DNA of 64,000 nt from Marsupella aquatica (GCA_973895155.1 OZ316893.1:6658963-6722962); one strand, 5' to 3'; positions 40,950 through 54,920 are shown, counted from the first letter of the stretch. Translations and numbers: made by a program. The notes: generated by a model from the letters alone, not told the origin.

Positions 40950-43499
40950 CTAGCCCCATGCCCGTGCGTTGCATGGAAGACTTCGAGTGAGGGCAAGATG
41001 TCGAGGAGAGGGCAAGATGTTGAGGTGAGGGTAAGATTGGGAAGCGAGGGCAAGATGTCAAGGAGAGGGCAAGATGTCAAGGTGAGGGCAAGATGTGAAG
41101 GTGAGGGTAAGATTTTGAGGCGAGGCAAACATGGTTGTGCATTGCAAACATATAATTCAGGCAAAAAGTCAAATAGATTAATACAAAAGTGATACAATCT
41201 TTATTCACCAATTCAATAAAGAACCTCATCATATACAATATCTTTTGTCAACCTTGCTTGACCCTCCTTGCAATCCAAAAGTAAAATCTTGATAGTTGTA
41301 CTTAGGAGATGTTGCCCTTGAAAATGCTGCATACAACTGTTGGTGACTAAATACAGGCTTTGAAAGCTGTAACCCTACATGTTCTAAAGTTTGACCTTGA
41401 ACTTTGTTTATGGTCATTGCATATGTCAATCGAATGGGAAATTGGACCCTACGTAATAAAAAAGGAATTGATTTGTCAGATGTCAACGGAATCCGTGGGA
41501 TAAATGTAAGGGTCCTTGCATGCTTTCTTGCAAAAACTCAATGCCCATGTGTTGCACAAAAGATGTCGAGGTGACAAAACATGTCAAAGAAAGAAAAACA
41601 TGTCAAGGTGATAAAAGATTCAAGGTGAGCAAAAGATGTCAAGGTGATAAAACATGGAAAGGAGAGGAAAGATGTCCCAATGAGCAAACAATGTCCAGAT
41701 GATAAAAAAGGTTGAGTCCAAGAGAAACGCTTTCAAGGTGAGCAAAAGATGTTGAGGAGAGAAATAAATGTTGAGATGAGAAAGAAAAGTCTGAAAGGAG
41801 AGAAAAATACGCCAAGGTGAACAAAAGATGCCAAGGCGAGCAAAAAATGTTGAGGTGAGCCAAAAATGTCAAAGAGAGAAAAAGATGTTGAGATGAGAAA
41901 AAGATTTTGAGGAGACAAAAGATGTTGACGTGAGTGAAGGAGATAAAAACATTTTGAGATAAGGAAAAGATGTTTAGGCAAGGCAAAGATGTCAAGGCAA
42001 AGGAAGATAAAAATGTTGAGGCATTTTTAAATGTACATTGCATTGAGGCAAAGATTTGGGGTGATGTGAACATTTTGACTTGAGGCAGAGAAATGCAAAA
42101 AGATGCAAGTGAGCCAAAGAAATGTAGATAATGCAAATTAATGTAAGTGAGGCAAGAAAGTTGTTTAGACATCTCATATATTGTTGCGACCATCTCGTCA
42201 TTATGACGATGCAATCACTCTGGCCATGAGGGTGTTGTGGCTATGCTGGTCTTGCGACCATGTTGTTGCCAAGCCCGATGCCAACGCATTGCATTGATAC
42301 ATTGAGGTAAGGTAAAGAACTGTTGATTAAAAGCTGGGGTTTTTTAGGTGGATCAAACTAAAAATATTGGATTCTCCATAATTCTTTCTTGGCCATTTCA
42401 TGTGAAAAGTGTTGTCAATGCGGAGATCTTGTTCAAAATAGCACATGAAATTATGTAATCATATAATGTACTTCAAGTCAACACCAAAATATGGGATAAG
42501 GTGCAAATGGGCAATGAGAGTACATGGGCAAGAGTTGGGAAAGAAATCTTTATTGTTAATGATGCAAAAGATGGAACAAAAGACTGGACAAAAGATGCAT
42601 GGGGGCAAAGAGCTGGGCTCCCTACTTGGGAAAAAATTAGGGCAAAAGCAAGACTAATAGAGATGAGGGGGCATGTCAAACAATACATGTCTTGTGGAGA
42701 AATGATGTTGGGAGTTTGATCTTATTGGCCTTCATTAAAGATGCATTTTTTGAAAAGCTTTTCAAAGAGAATGTTGGAGTTTAGATGGGATAACAAATTT
42801 GGGACCTATTTTATACAAAACAAAAAACAAAAAAATAATCAAAACATGTAAATACAGTTCACTTTGCTTTTGCATTTTTCTTTTATTTTGGAAGAAGATG
42901 TTGTTTTATTGTGAAAACTATATTGTTGGGGAGAGCAAGGATGTGGGAGGGTAAGAGCGAGTGCAAGAGAGATGATGGTCTCCGGGTGTTTTAAAACTAT
43001 TGGGAGGGGAATGTTTTAATTTTCTCTCTCCCCTTTTTTCCTATTTCTATACTTCTATGCAACACCATTACTCCCTTTTTTTCTCACATTGGCACCATTA
43101 AATAAACAGAAAAATGTCCAACTAAATACAGAGAAGAAAAAAAAGGAGAAAATTAACCCATTTTCCTTCGTTCCAGAGCCTATGAGGCTCTGCAAAAATC
43201 CAAAAATTTTTCATGCCCCAAAAGATTCTCCTTCCCTTCGTGTGTACTTTCATACTTGAAAAAAACACATTTAAGATGATGTCACATAAATATCTACTCA
43301 TATATTATGTCAGATTAGTATCATCTCCTATACGTTATATTTTACTATATGAGCATGTCATTTGACATACCTGATCAATAAATCCAAGAGTACAAAAAAA
43401 TCTGTGAAAAAATCTGACAGCTCAGGTTTGTTCCCTCCATTTCTGAATTGTAAGCAGACGAAAGAGCTTTTTGGCGGAATTGCATATTATAGAAGTAGA
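40950..43499 (-). mobile_element. Non-autonomous Helitron (2550 bp) retaining a helicase C-terminal fragment
   Basis: Minus strand: A|TCTACTTCTATAAT 5' end; 3' end CCATGC-AAC-GCACGG hairpin + GCATGGGGCTAG|T; inserted between A and T with no TSD; internal CAAAAGATGT minisatellite. Confidence 0.85.
41229..41510 (-). pseudogene. Fragment of Helitron RepHel PIF1-like helicase C-terminus
   Basis: [49 protein letters not shown] matches the Helitron consensus RRQFPxxxAFAMTINKSQGQTL...VFSHGQLYVALSR. Confidence 0.9.
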
Positions 43500-45343
43500 T
43501 GGACATGTGGGTTTCCTTTTAAATTACCACTAGCCATGACAAAATCCTCAATTTGTGGAGCACTATGGAACGAGAAAGAGAAGAATGAGAGTAAGTGAAA
43601 AATGAAGAAGTCTTGGACATTTCCCCCTTTTATATGGCTAGTGGTGTTTTGATGCCAAAGACTCTAAAATGGACCAAATTGCCAGACTGATGACAAGACC
43701 TCCAACAAAGGGTCTGACAATGGGGACAAAAATGTGCTCCACATAAACAACAACTTAGAATGAAATGGCCCTGATCACATCTTGGAGACCAGAAAAAGTG
43801 GAAACTACCCCAATATCATCTAAAGCCACCAAATAAAAAATCTTTGGAAAGGGGGTTTATAAATGTAAATGAATCGGGGCCACCACTTTTTGTTCCAAAG
43901 ACCAAAAATATTTGGAAATAAAGTTATGTAGATAAATCTTAAACCACAGCTCCCACTATAAAAAGGACCCTGCCCATTTTGCCTTTGTGGAGAGTAGACC
44001 TTGTCAGTGGTTATTTGCCTGGGTGAATAGTAGATCTACCTCTACTACGTTCAAGGCTCTCCCACTCGTTTCCTATCATAGGACTCTTGTAACTTGATAA
44101 GAAGTATGTGGGTCTAGTTGGGATTTGTTAGTAACATTGAGTTTTCATTTTTCAACCCCTTTTCTATGAAATGGACTCTATGAAATATATTTGGAGCTAA
44201 AAAATTAGGAAAGTTAGTTAATGGAGTTTAGGGGGGAGTGGGGGCAGGGGAGAATTAGGGTGTAGGGTTCTTTTACAAATGACCCATCCATTACAACATT
44301 GTTGAGAGTAGCAAGGTTTAACCCTGGGCCCTCAGCTTACAAAATAACAAAACATAAGTGCAACGTCCGATGGGTATTAAATATCAAATCCGCAAATAAT
44401 ATTATAACTTACACCATTCTAAGCAACAAGGTCCTTATATATCATTCTCCATTCATTATTAGAATCTTGAAGTGATTTTTTTTAAATGTGTCCCAAAGTT
44501 GTTCAATTGAAGGGTCATGGAAATACCCAATGACATGCGTCACTTGTTGATTGGACCACGTGTCAACAAACCAATGGATTAGGGTTTACGTGATTTGGGG
44601 GGAAGAGTGCTCGAAGAGTGTAGTGTTCCCCCTTGCCCCTCCTACTTTGTAAGAGCCGTTCGATGTAAGCTGCCCTAGATCGGGCAGCTAGGATTATCTG
44701 TAGTTCCAAGACCTGGGGCGAGATGGTGCGGGAGTCGAAGCATGATCCCAATCCATGAAGAGTGATGTTGCGGAGGAGCGGGCCTAGTAGGAAAGTTGGA
44801 GAGACTAGGAAGTCTCCTATTGTGGTGTTAGCTAATGAAACAATCTGTCCCTCTAATTTCAAGAACGACAATAGTGAAGCCCAATGGATTTGTCTTGAGT
44901 GTGGTGATGAAAGTATTTGTAATATTTCTTCCCATCCCATATAATATATGGAGTAATATTAAGAATCTATGGCCCAGTAGGATGTCTGGCACATTAATTA
45001 GAGGCAGGAGTAGTGGTTGACTTCTCTGCCCCGTGTTAAGTGCAATGTCACCTCTCTTAATGTCTTGTAGACACTGAGATTTTGTTGTAATCTTTTGGAG
45101 AACTTTGATATGTAATCTAGTATAGTATAAGCTAGATGTCTAGTGATTTGTGTGCTAGATGAAGCCCCAATGGCTTTCACACATTGCCAAATACTATATG
45201 GCAATATGTTTGTTGAGTGTAATTGTGATTGAATGACACATTAAATAAAATGTGCATGCATTATTGAATCTCTATGCAAACTATTTTTTTATTACAAATG
45301 AAGGGTATTTTAGGATCCCAAATTTTGTCTTATTATAATAACA

Positions 45344-46453
45344 CTAGCCCCATGCCCGTGCGTTGCACAAATGTTTTTGAGGGAGGGCAAGATTTTGAGG
45401 TGGGGGCAACATGTCAAGGTGAGGGCAAGATGTTGAGGTGAGGCAAACATGGTTTATGATTGGGATGTGAGGTCAGCAAGGGAGGGAGAGGAGAGCTTGG
45501 ACCCCACAAGACAGGGGAGACCAATGCAAGAATACTTGTAGCTGGAGTTGGGGTGAGAGGCCAGGCCAAGGTGTAATGGTGTTTGAGGCAAGACAGAACA
45601 CTTATGAGCTTTGGGGTAGAAAATCTAATTCCAAGTCATGTCAAGGAAATGGGAGAACCAATTGAATGGGTGCCCGATTGGGTGGGAGCCATTGGCCCCT
45701 CCCACCTTGCAAAGGATTTTGTGGGGGAAGTAGTTGAGAAAAATAAGTGTCATTGAGGCAAGGTGAACTTTTGGGCCCTATGTTGATGCGGTGCACAGTT
45801 ATCATTGCAATTGTGTTGTGTTTGTGGTTGGTTGTCATTGCGGTTGTGTTGTGGTTCTGAAAGTCAATCAATTGTCATTTTGACTGGTTGTTATCATAGT
45901 GGTCGTGCCCGTGGTCATGTGATTGTTGCGGAAGTGTTGGTGTATCAACTGTGTCACTATGTTGTCATTTTATGATTGCGGAGTGTCATTTGGGTGCATG
46001 TTTGTTGGTGCCACAATGTTGTTGTTTTAGTCCATGTTGCATGTTGTGAGAGTTGAGTATTGATATTGTTGGGGAGGGCAAGTTAAGGAGTGGAGGGCTG
46101 CAAGATGGGTAAGAATGTCTCAGGGCATCATGGGGTTGCACCATGGGTTGCTTAATCTCAAGGCATTCTATTCATGTACTACTCCATGTCACTCATGCTA
46201 AAAAGTACTTTTTGAACTGTATTGCATTGAATGTGTACTCTAGCTAGTATTGTGTAGTCTAGCTAGCACATGTCCCATGTACTAAGTATACTTTATCCTA
46301 AGTCTATTCAAATTATGGACACCTTTTCCGCCAATACAAGAGTCCCAAATATTTCTGCATATATCTGACAGTAAAACAATGTTCCCTCCTTTTTCTCTTT
46401 TTGTAAAGGGATGATAAGAGGGATTTGGCGGGATCCCTTATTTTAGATGTAGA
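45344..46453 (-). mobile_element. Second non-autonomous Helitron of the same family (1110 bp)
   Basis: Same 3' terminus (ACTAGCCCCATGCCCGTGCGTTGCA on +). The 5' ~90 bp are homologous to copy 1 (ATCTGACAG...TGTTCCCTCC...TTTGGCGG...GTAGA|T). A/T target. Confidence 0.82.
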
Positions 46454-47036
46454 TAAATAAGTTTTATATAAGACTGGAAATTCTTTTTAGAACGAACAAG
46501 ACATATTTTAATGTTCCTCCAAAATATAACAAGGGGTACCTGAGGGCTTCGGTCACAGGTATGTCTCATTACATTTCCCTCAATGAGGGCCCAGGGAGGT
46601 TTAATAACTTGTTGATACTTACGTGTAGCAAGACTTGGTTGAATAGGTTAATTGTCTAAGCACAACCTAACCGTGGTTAAGTGTTTCTAAGGTCACACTA
46701 GTGGAAAGGGCCTATAGGAACCTCCTTGGAGGAACAATGCTCACACTAGATGTCAATGGTCAAGAGTTGGAGAGTGGAGTGAGAAAAGTATTGTGTCATG
46801 GAGCTCAGCTTATGACTCGCCAAAGCTAAGTATGGCCAATTGATGTATAGTGTTAATTATATATAGTGTATCTTTTCTTTTGGTCATGGACACACCCTAA
46901 ACTCCGTGAACCAAACATCTCTAAGTCAAGATACATTGTATGTTGTACACTGGTTTCTCAACACAACTAACAATAAGGATGTCCATCCATATGCAAAAAG
47001 ACATTCACTTCACAACCCTTCACATGTCATAGAAAT

Positions 47037-47878
47037 TAGTTCGTGGACCCCTTGGCTAATAAAATCAGGGGGAAGAGTCGATCTGAGCCATCTCCATTTC
47101 TTATCTCCGGAAATCTCGTCCGTCCATCTTAATGGCCAATCTATGGCTCAAAAGAAAGATCTCAAATAGATCTATGGATGGGTTCTGTCCGTTTTGCAAA
47201 TGGGTTAATATTTTTCAAATGAAAAATTAAACAAATCCAAGCCTTCCTAGCCGTCGATTTTGTTGATTTTACGATCTTTGCCGTCCATTTTGTAATGCCT
47301 CTAGAAATCTTATTCATCCATGTTAGAAGGCGGTCTAGGGCGCAAAAGAAAGATCTCAATGAGATATACGACTGGGTATTTTTTGTTTTGAGAATGAGTA
47401 AATAGTTTTGAGTATAAAATTTGATGAACTTTCAAGATTCCAGCCATTCCTCCGGACCTCCCCGATCCTGAGATTCTATGTGCTCTTCCCAGCATTAATG
47501 GCCATACAATACGAGAGGTCCTTACATACCGGGAGTTGCGGTTTAACAAGGAAGTTATCAAGTTAGTTATTAGTCATTATTTATTATATGAAAAGTACTT
47601 TTGATAAATCTTTGAATTTAAGTTTTAAAATTGGAAATGTAACTAAAACGGTTACCTAGTGACAGTTTTAACCGTCTTGCTCTTTGCATTTCCAATGTTT
47701 TTACTTTTCTTTTTACGGCACGGTGTCCCAAAATTTACACCCAAATTGACACAAACACGAGTGAAAACTATAAGTTTGATTCACAAAACCGACGAGTCTT
47801 GTTTGTTGCGGGTGTTGTTGACGTGGCACGCTGTGGTGCCAGGAATTTTGGAAGGGACCTCTAGTGGGGTCCGTAAAA
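47037..47878. mobile_element. MITE-like TIR element, copy 1 (~840 bp)
   Basis: Ends GTTCGTGGACCCC...GGGGTCCGTAAA; highly similar to 54285-54920 over its length; TSD not resolved. Confidence 0.75.
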
Positions 47879-49019
47879 ATTATAAGTATTTTATTTCTAA
47901 TTGTTCCATGCCACATTGATTTGTAGATTGATTGAATTGTTTTCTTTCTTTTCCCGGGAAATCCTGTTGTTCAAGAAGAAAGAGGGAAAGAGGGAGATGA
48001 CCACTGAACGGGCCACTGAAAACCAAACAAACAAGAGTGCAAGCACTGCCATAATGAAAATTGTTTTTCTTTAACTATTCCCAGGTCAAATCAGCTTAGG
48101 TGAGGTTGGCTCAGGTTGATCTGCCTGTCAAATCAGCTTAGAAGGCATTTACTTTAAATGTAGTTTAATTGTGGCAAACTAATTAGACAATGTTGGCTAC
48201 CTTTGCCTATTCTTAATTCCTGACCCCGTGCTCCATTGGCACTAAGATTAATTTTGCCAGAGTATACGGTCACAATGTCTATTCTATGCTCTCAAAAAAT
48301 TCAACCTTTAAATCAAGTAGGAATGAAAGTAAAAATGCACTACCATGGTCTAAGTTTTGAATTTGGCGTATGTGTCCAGGCATGGTTGCACAATATGGGG
48401 GAATGTTTTATTTTTAAGTCACTTTGAATACATATTTAAATGATAGTTAAATTCAAATTTTCTCCAAAATTTCCAAATTTTATTATATTTTCATTTTGGG
48501 CAGATGTGGGCAGGCATTGGATATTTGAGGTGGGAGGAGTGTCTAGGTGGATCTGATGGCACCCAACAGTATCAATTTTTGATGAAGAGCTAAGATTGAC
48601 TCTCACTTTTTCATCATTTTGTAAAAGACTAAAGTACTTTTTGGGTGGATAATGTATCACATTGTTTTGATGAGTTGATGTAAAATAGATGTGGAGGCAT
48701 GGAATGGGGGTAAATTAATTGGTCATGTACACTCACTAATTTTGGCATGACATGGTTGAGAAAAATGATGAGAAATGTACATGCATCCATTGTGGTAATT
48801 AATTACTAACTAGACTGATGATAATTCTCTTAAACTTATTATATGCTCTCCGGCATGCACAATTGCAATGTGCGTGAAATAAGGTACTATGGGTCACCCC
48901 GCGTACTCTAGACGGGAGCTTATGCTCTTTCTGGAGTTTGGTGTTTGAACTCTTTTTTGCTTTTATTCCACTGTACATTTTGGCCCTTTTCAGCAAATTG
49001 GTACTTTTGTAAATAAACA

Positions 49020-49445
49020 AGAGCACTTGTTTTAATTTAGATTATTGTTCTGCTGCGTGTTTAGAACTTCATGAAAATAGGTCTTCTAAGGGGGGCTTTA
49101 CAAGACTGCTGGGGCTTTGTTTTTGGCCCTTTTCAGTAGATTGGTTCTTGTTGTAAATAGTGCACTGGTTTTAATTTAGATTACTGACAATTGAACTGCT
49201 TTTTAGTTTAGTTATTGGTCTGCTGGGTGTTTAGAACTTCATGAAAATAGGTCTTCTAAGGAGGGCTTCACAAGACTGTGGGAGCCCTTTAGTGCCTCTT
49301 CATCCAAAGCAAAGCTGATGGCCACTTCCATACACACAACTTGGAATACCTGAGACAAAATGTGGCCAAAATGTGTCACTCCATCCAAAGCAAAGCTGAT
49401 GGCCACTTCCATACACACAGCTTAAAATGCCTGAACCAAAATGTG
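49020..49445. repeat. Two adjacent local duplications (~180-bp spacing at 49020-49280; ~81-bp unit at 49300-49445)
   Basis: TGTTTAGAACTTCATGAAAATAGGTCTTCTAAGG twice; CATCCAAAGCAAAGCTGATGGCCACTTCCATACACA twice. Confidence 0.8.
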
Positions 49446-51417
49446 TAAAGGATTGAAGTAATAAATGAAACTCCGCACACTTAAGCCAAAAGGAGGGACC
49501 CACAAGGGCCCACTCACAGATGACAGGGTTGGGTAATGGTTTTCTTTGATTATGCCCCCAAGTTCATGTTCCCACATATGAATGGCTAGGATTGCATCAC
49601 ACATATAGAAAAAATGAACTGCTGCCCACAAGTTCTAGTAAAGCCACGCTAAGGTTGTTTTTCTCAGGTAGTCCCACATTCATCTTGATAAGGAGATATA
49701 GTGAAGGGGGCTGTGCTAAGGATATTCCTGATCCATCTGACAAACATTTTCATTTTGTCTAGAGTTTCGATTGCGAATAAAGTGGAATTGCATCGAATTA
49801 AGCGATTGAGAGTCGAAGCAAATCTACGAGATCTCTCGTAGAGGCGGAGAAGGACGGACGGTATGGATGATTGTGTCCGTGGCTCAGCAGATGTGTCGCA
49901 AGTGAATTGCCAGAATGTTTTGTTCATCAGTGTTCTGTTGCTTACCCTACTTCGAACAGAGCAGTCATTTGCATGCTTTCATAGTAGAAATGATGCGATA
50001 GTGCATAGAAGTTTCTCACCTTTGCCTCTTATGTTCGCTGGATTTTGTTTACAGAACATTCCTCTCTATCGGCAAAGCTCAATGGGGACGATGCTCTGAA
50101 ATTTCACTGCATTGCACAGTTCTCTGGATGACAAAGATGAAAAGGGTGCGTGTTCCTTGTTCTTCCGATGAAAATTGTCTATGGCAGGTTGTTTAGGGTT
50201 TGTGATGTTGTGAAATGTTATGCACCCTGTAAGATTCTTGACTTTGTACAGCAAGGATCAATGTATGCCGTCTCTCACCTCAGATCGTGATAGCCATGGA
50301 CTGGTCATTTGTAGATTAATCCGGCGGGGTAATTGGCGTTATGGGGGGTCCCATTCTGTGTTCAATCATCTTTCATACTGTACGCGTTCTGTACTGAATT
50401 GAGTTTCTCTGTTCAGTGAGGAATCCCAAAAAAGTCGCGGTGAGTCTGAAGAAGCCGTTTCTCTGCCGCTTCTCTCCGACTGAAGATTATAAAGTGTATG
50501 TATTCCCACTGTGCTGAAGGAAACTGTGTAGGTTTTTGTGATTTAAGGTAATCGCTTCATGAACCAAAATTTGAATGGTGTTAGAGACGAGAGCAATAAA
50601 GAAAATAAATGATAGTTTATTAGATGGATTGGTATGAAGACAAGGCATGACAGGCGAGAAAGTGGTTTATCCAGTGTTTTTGCTATATTGCTGGACCTAA
50701 ATTGCTTTCGTAGAATGCTTTGCCTATCAATTTTGGAATATAAAGCAACAACGAAGTTACAGGGTAGTTTCAGGATCTCAGCTCCAAATCGGAACTCCAG
50801 AACTAAGTAAACTATCATTAGTCTTCTATTTCCTGAATGGTAAGAAAATAATTGCTTCGCACCATCCAAGAAAGCTCCGTGTCCCCAAGGGGCTCCGTAG
50901 TCATCTCTCTTGAGTCCTTTGGTGGAATAACAATCCAGGTGTCGAGAAAGATGTGTTGTTGAGCGTCGCCTTCCAGCTGGACCAAAGTTTTTGTCACGAT
51001 GGATAGATGTAGTAAGCGACACATTAGTTGTTGCTTTGGTTGAGGATGCTTGACGAGTTCTGGGGCGATGATTTAGGAACCATTCATGAAGCTCACAAAA
51101 GAGCTTTTGGATTGACAGTTATTCGAAAACCAGGAAGTAAAACCTCACAACACTTAATTATGATGGTGTACACATTTGGCTATCTGAGCAACACAGATAA
51201 AATTCTCTCTAGTGAGTGCCAAGATATGAGCAATATTAGAAACGTGAGTATTCTGCTGCTTGTCTGTTTGTTTTGGCGTGGAGGGAAATACATGCTGGTT
51301 GTGTTTGCTAATTGCTTAAGATTACCAGCAACTACCAGATTTAGGAAAAATGTCGAAGATTCATTCTACAAATTCTCGCATTAGTCATGGACCAACACTC
51401 GCATTAATGACAGGTTT

Positions 51418-51425
51418 TAGGGTTT
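51418..51425 (-). promoter_or_regulatory. Telo-box (AAACCCTA) upstream of DPB4
   Basis: TAGGGTTT ~185 bp upstream of the ATG. Short motif, could be chance. Confidence 0.35.
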
Positions 51426-51606
51426 CTGGCCTCAACTGAAGATTAGAACACGGCAGACAATATTCTTGGAATGGGAGGGGGAGCAATGGTGTGAGAAAAA
51501 CATGTAGGAGTAGAGAAATTTCGGGTGTGATTGGCTGCTGTTGGTGCCGCTCCGATCAGTGGGAGTAAGTTGAGGAGAGAGACGATTAGCGTGGAGAATC
51601 TGAAAG

Positions 51607-52877
51607 ATGTCGGAGGATCTGCCGCGCGCCAATGTGAAGCGGATTGTGAAAGCGAAGATGCTGGAAATTGCCGCTGCCCGCTTTCGTGGTGAGAGGACGT
51701 CTAGAGACCTGCCGATTCACAGAGACGCTCTGACTGCCTTCTCTGAAAGTGCCAAGATCTTCATCCACTATATCTCTGCGACGTACTTCTCCCGCCACCT
51801 CCTACTGGGTCATGACCTTTTGTTTCGTCAAAATTCGGGTGCAATGCTATGCAAGAATTTCCAGATTTCTTGCAATTCACACGCATTTTTATGCTTGTTT
51901 ATGACCTGTACTTGCCATTATTTCATGGTCGAATCTTTCACTCGTGATGTCTCTCCAGAAATCGTGGTTAGTGGAGAGATTGAAACTAGTCAGTGTTCGT
52001 TGCAATTAACAAGGTTTCAACTTTCGTGTTTGACAGAGCTAATGACTTGTGCCGGGAGTCGAAGAGGCAAACAATGAATGCCGATGACGTGCTGAGGGCT
52101 GTGGAGGAAATTGAATTCGTGGAGTTCATGAAGCCTTTACGAGCTGCTTTGGAAGGTACATAATGGTTCCCATATTTGGATAAGTTAAAGTATGCTAAGT
52201 GAGTACGGTTCTGCTGAGGAAATTCGGGTGGCCGGTCAGGCGATTATTGTATAGACAGAGCTGAGATCATTCAGAAGCTACAACGCTCCATCTTAAGGTG
52301 ATAAATGATGTTCATGTGTAGTGCATCTCTGGGGCAGTGCTTTGGTGGCACAGGTTTTAGAATGACCATCACAAAGGTGACAGGCTATTGCAATGGATAG
52401 CAGTTGCATTAAGGGGTTCTGTCAGGCTTTTACGGCAGTGTAGAGTTGTAATTTGATGTTATACTAGATTAGAGTTTCCGTTGGGGCAAACTTTTTATAA
52501 TTAAGGCGTTCAACGTGAAGACAACTTTCGGTATTCAAGGGGAAGCGTTGGTGACTTTTTCGCAGATATGTTATCCATTTTGTTTGGCTTCATATAATTC
52601 CTAAGAATTGGAAGTTTTTTAGGTTAGGGTTTGTTCTTTCAGGAGCACTTCCATGAACGTGGGCAGATTGCAAAGTAAAAAGGATTTCTGCCATTGTGAC
52701 GCAGGCTATCGAAAAGCAAATGCATCGAAGAAGGCGGAGAAGAAAAGCAACATGAGAAAGAGAAAGTTAGAGAAAACCAGAGGGGGGTCACCGGAAGATG
52801 AGAACGGAGAGGTAGACGATGTAGAGAACGGAGACGATCCGGACGAAGGTTCGGACGTGGAAGAAGATGATGAGTGA
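51607..52877 (+). CDS. DPB4: Histone-fold protein DNA polymerase epsilon subunit 3 / CHRAC17 (DPB4, NF-YB11-like), 3 exons: 51607-51782, 52037-52155, 52705-52877; 155 aa
   Basis: LPRANVKRIVK...DALTAFSESAKIFIHYISATANDLCRESKRQTMNADDVLRAVEEIEF histone fold; basic then acidic tail; in-phase GT-AG introns (468 nt). Confidence 0.9.
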
Positions 52878-53832
52878 GCCCACTGTTTAGGTTGCTGAGT
52901 GGAATGATTAGATTTCGGTAGGAAATTTTTGCAGGTTGTTGGAATGCCTCTTATTGGATTTTCATCTCCAGAGATCGGGTTCGTTCATTACAGGAGCTGT
53001 CTCGTTATTGACATTGCTGCGTCTACAGCTCAGTGGGAATGTTGAGACCTGGATCCTAGTGTTGCTAGTAATGGTTATATCTTGGCACACGAAAGGGTAG
53101 TGTGACCAGGTTTTTGGTCAATTATATGACGAGATTAGACTAGACTTGATGCAATGGTCAGATCTATCAATGAAGAGTGTCTGAAAAGTTTCCTCTTGAG
53201 CCCTCTAATTTTAGTCAACTTCGCAGTTTTCCGGTATTGGGCGGTAAAGGCACATCTGAGTTTTAAATGTAGAATTTAGTCCATACTGTCGCTATGTCCT
53301 TAGTTTTCACATGTCATTTCTTGTTATTTTACTAGGGGGCTAGCGGAGTTGTCACGCTGCTCACTGCGATCTTCAAATATGCGATTCTACCCAATGTGTG
53401 CATGGATTTTGCGTTGAGCAACAGTTTTACGCGGGTAGCACGAGAGAGAGTTTCCCAGAATCACTCTACTATCAAGCTATCGTCCTGGTAGCCAATACTC
53501 GACTGTTACTTTGGGTCATAGTGCCACCAGTAGTCCACTATCCATATCCCAGAAATACCAATCAAGAGCTGTAGCTTTCATAACTCTAGTTTCTGAATTT
53601 TACCTGGGCATCTCTGCAACATTACAATACCACAGTAGTGAGCTAGCTACTGACGGTAGAAAATATTTGGAAAGTGAATTTTGTCTGTTGTGGGTGCCTG
53701 CCACTTGGAGATAGATATTCAGTTCTTCATTATCCTCTTGTTCTCTAAAAGATATGGCAGACCTACCGTAGTTTGTTCCTAACTCTTTACACCCCTGGAG
53801 AGAGCACTGCTTAGGGTTTAGGGTTAAGTGTA

Positions 53833-54235
53833 TGCATGTGGCCAGGTTGGTGATCTGAACTCTAGTGCTCGTTTTGCACCTCACAATCTTCAATCAGAAC
53901 ACTGTCACTTACCTGTGGACACTCCTAACAATGCAACAATGCTTTGTGTCTACATGTGGTCAGGGTAGTGATCTGAACTCTAGTGCTCGTTTTGTACCTC
54001 ACAATTTTTCGATCAAAACACTGTCACTTACCTGTGGACACTGCTAACACCTAACATCGATTTGTACTACTTGTGTGTTTATGCTAGCACCCTTTTATGG
54101 CAGCACCCTTGAGTGGAGTTTTGCGCAGAGGTTTGCTCCATCTCCCATGTGAATGGCCGTCAATCCATTGTGTTCTTGGTTTGAAGCTCCATCTCCCATG
54201 TGAATGGCCGTCAATCCATTGTGTTCTTGGTTTGA
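53833..54235. repeat. Local tandem duplications (~118-bp unit at 53833-54048; 51-bp unit at 54135-54235)
   Basis: GTGATCTGAACTCTAGTGCTCGTTTTG twice; GCTCCATCTCCCATGTGAATGGCCGTCAATCCATTGTGTTCTTGGTTTGAA twice. Confidence 0.85.
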
Positions 54236-54284
54236 ACTCAGTGACTCTGGCTAGAATTGAGAAGACCATTGCAAACCAAACAAT

Positions 54285-54920
54285 TAGTTTGTGGACCCCT
54301 TGGCTAATAAAATCAGGGGGAAGAGTCGATCTGAGCCGTCTCCATTTCTTATCTCCGGAAATCTCATCCGTTCATCATAATGGTCAATCTAGGGTGCAAA
54401 AGAAAGATATCAATGAGATTTACGACTGGGTATTTTTGTTTTGAGAATGAGTAAATAGTTTTGAATATAAAATTTGATGAACTTTCAAGATTCCAGCCAT
54501 TCCTCCTCCCCGATCTTGGGTTTTTATGTGCTCTTCCCAGCATTAATGGCCGTACAATACGAGAGGTCCTTACATATTGAAAGTTACGGTTTAACAAGTA
54601 AGTTATCAAGTTAATTATTAGTCATTATTATTATATGAAAAATATTTTTTATAAATCTTTGAATTTAAATTTTAAAATTGGAAATGTATCTAAAATGATT
54701 ACATAGTGACAGTTTTAACAGTCTTGCTCTTTGCATTTTCAATGTTTTTACTTTTCTTTTTATGGCGTCCCAAAATTTATACCCAAATTGACACAAACAC
54801 GAATGAAAACTATAAATTTGATTCACAAAATCGACGAGTTTTGGTTATTGCGGTTGTTGTTGACATGGCATGCTATGATGCCAGGAATTTTGGAAGGGAC
54901 CTCTAGTGGGGTCCATAAAT
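54285..54920. mobile_element. MITE-like TIR element, copy 2 (~635 bp; lacks ~190 bp present in copy 1)
   Basis: GTTTGTGGACCCC...GGGGTCCATAAA ends; same orientation as 47037-47878. Confidence 0.75.

Noticed and set aside
44563-45204. ORFs 44563..44940 and 44998..45204 as a gene
   Set aside because: No recognisable domain or splice-consistent model. Possibly a decayed LINE 3' region, but I cannot support that with a motif.
53811-53826. Interstitial telomeric array
   Set aside because: Only about two TTTAGGG units; consistent with a telo-box or chance.
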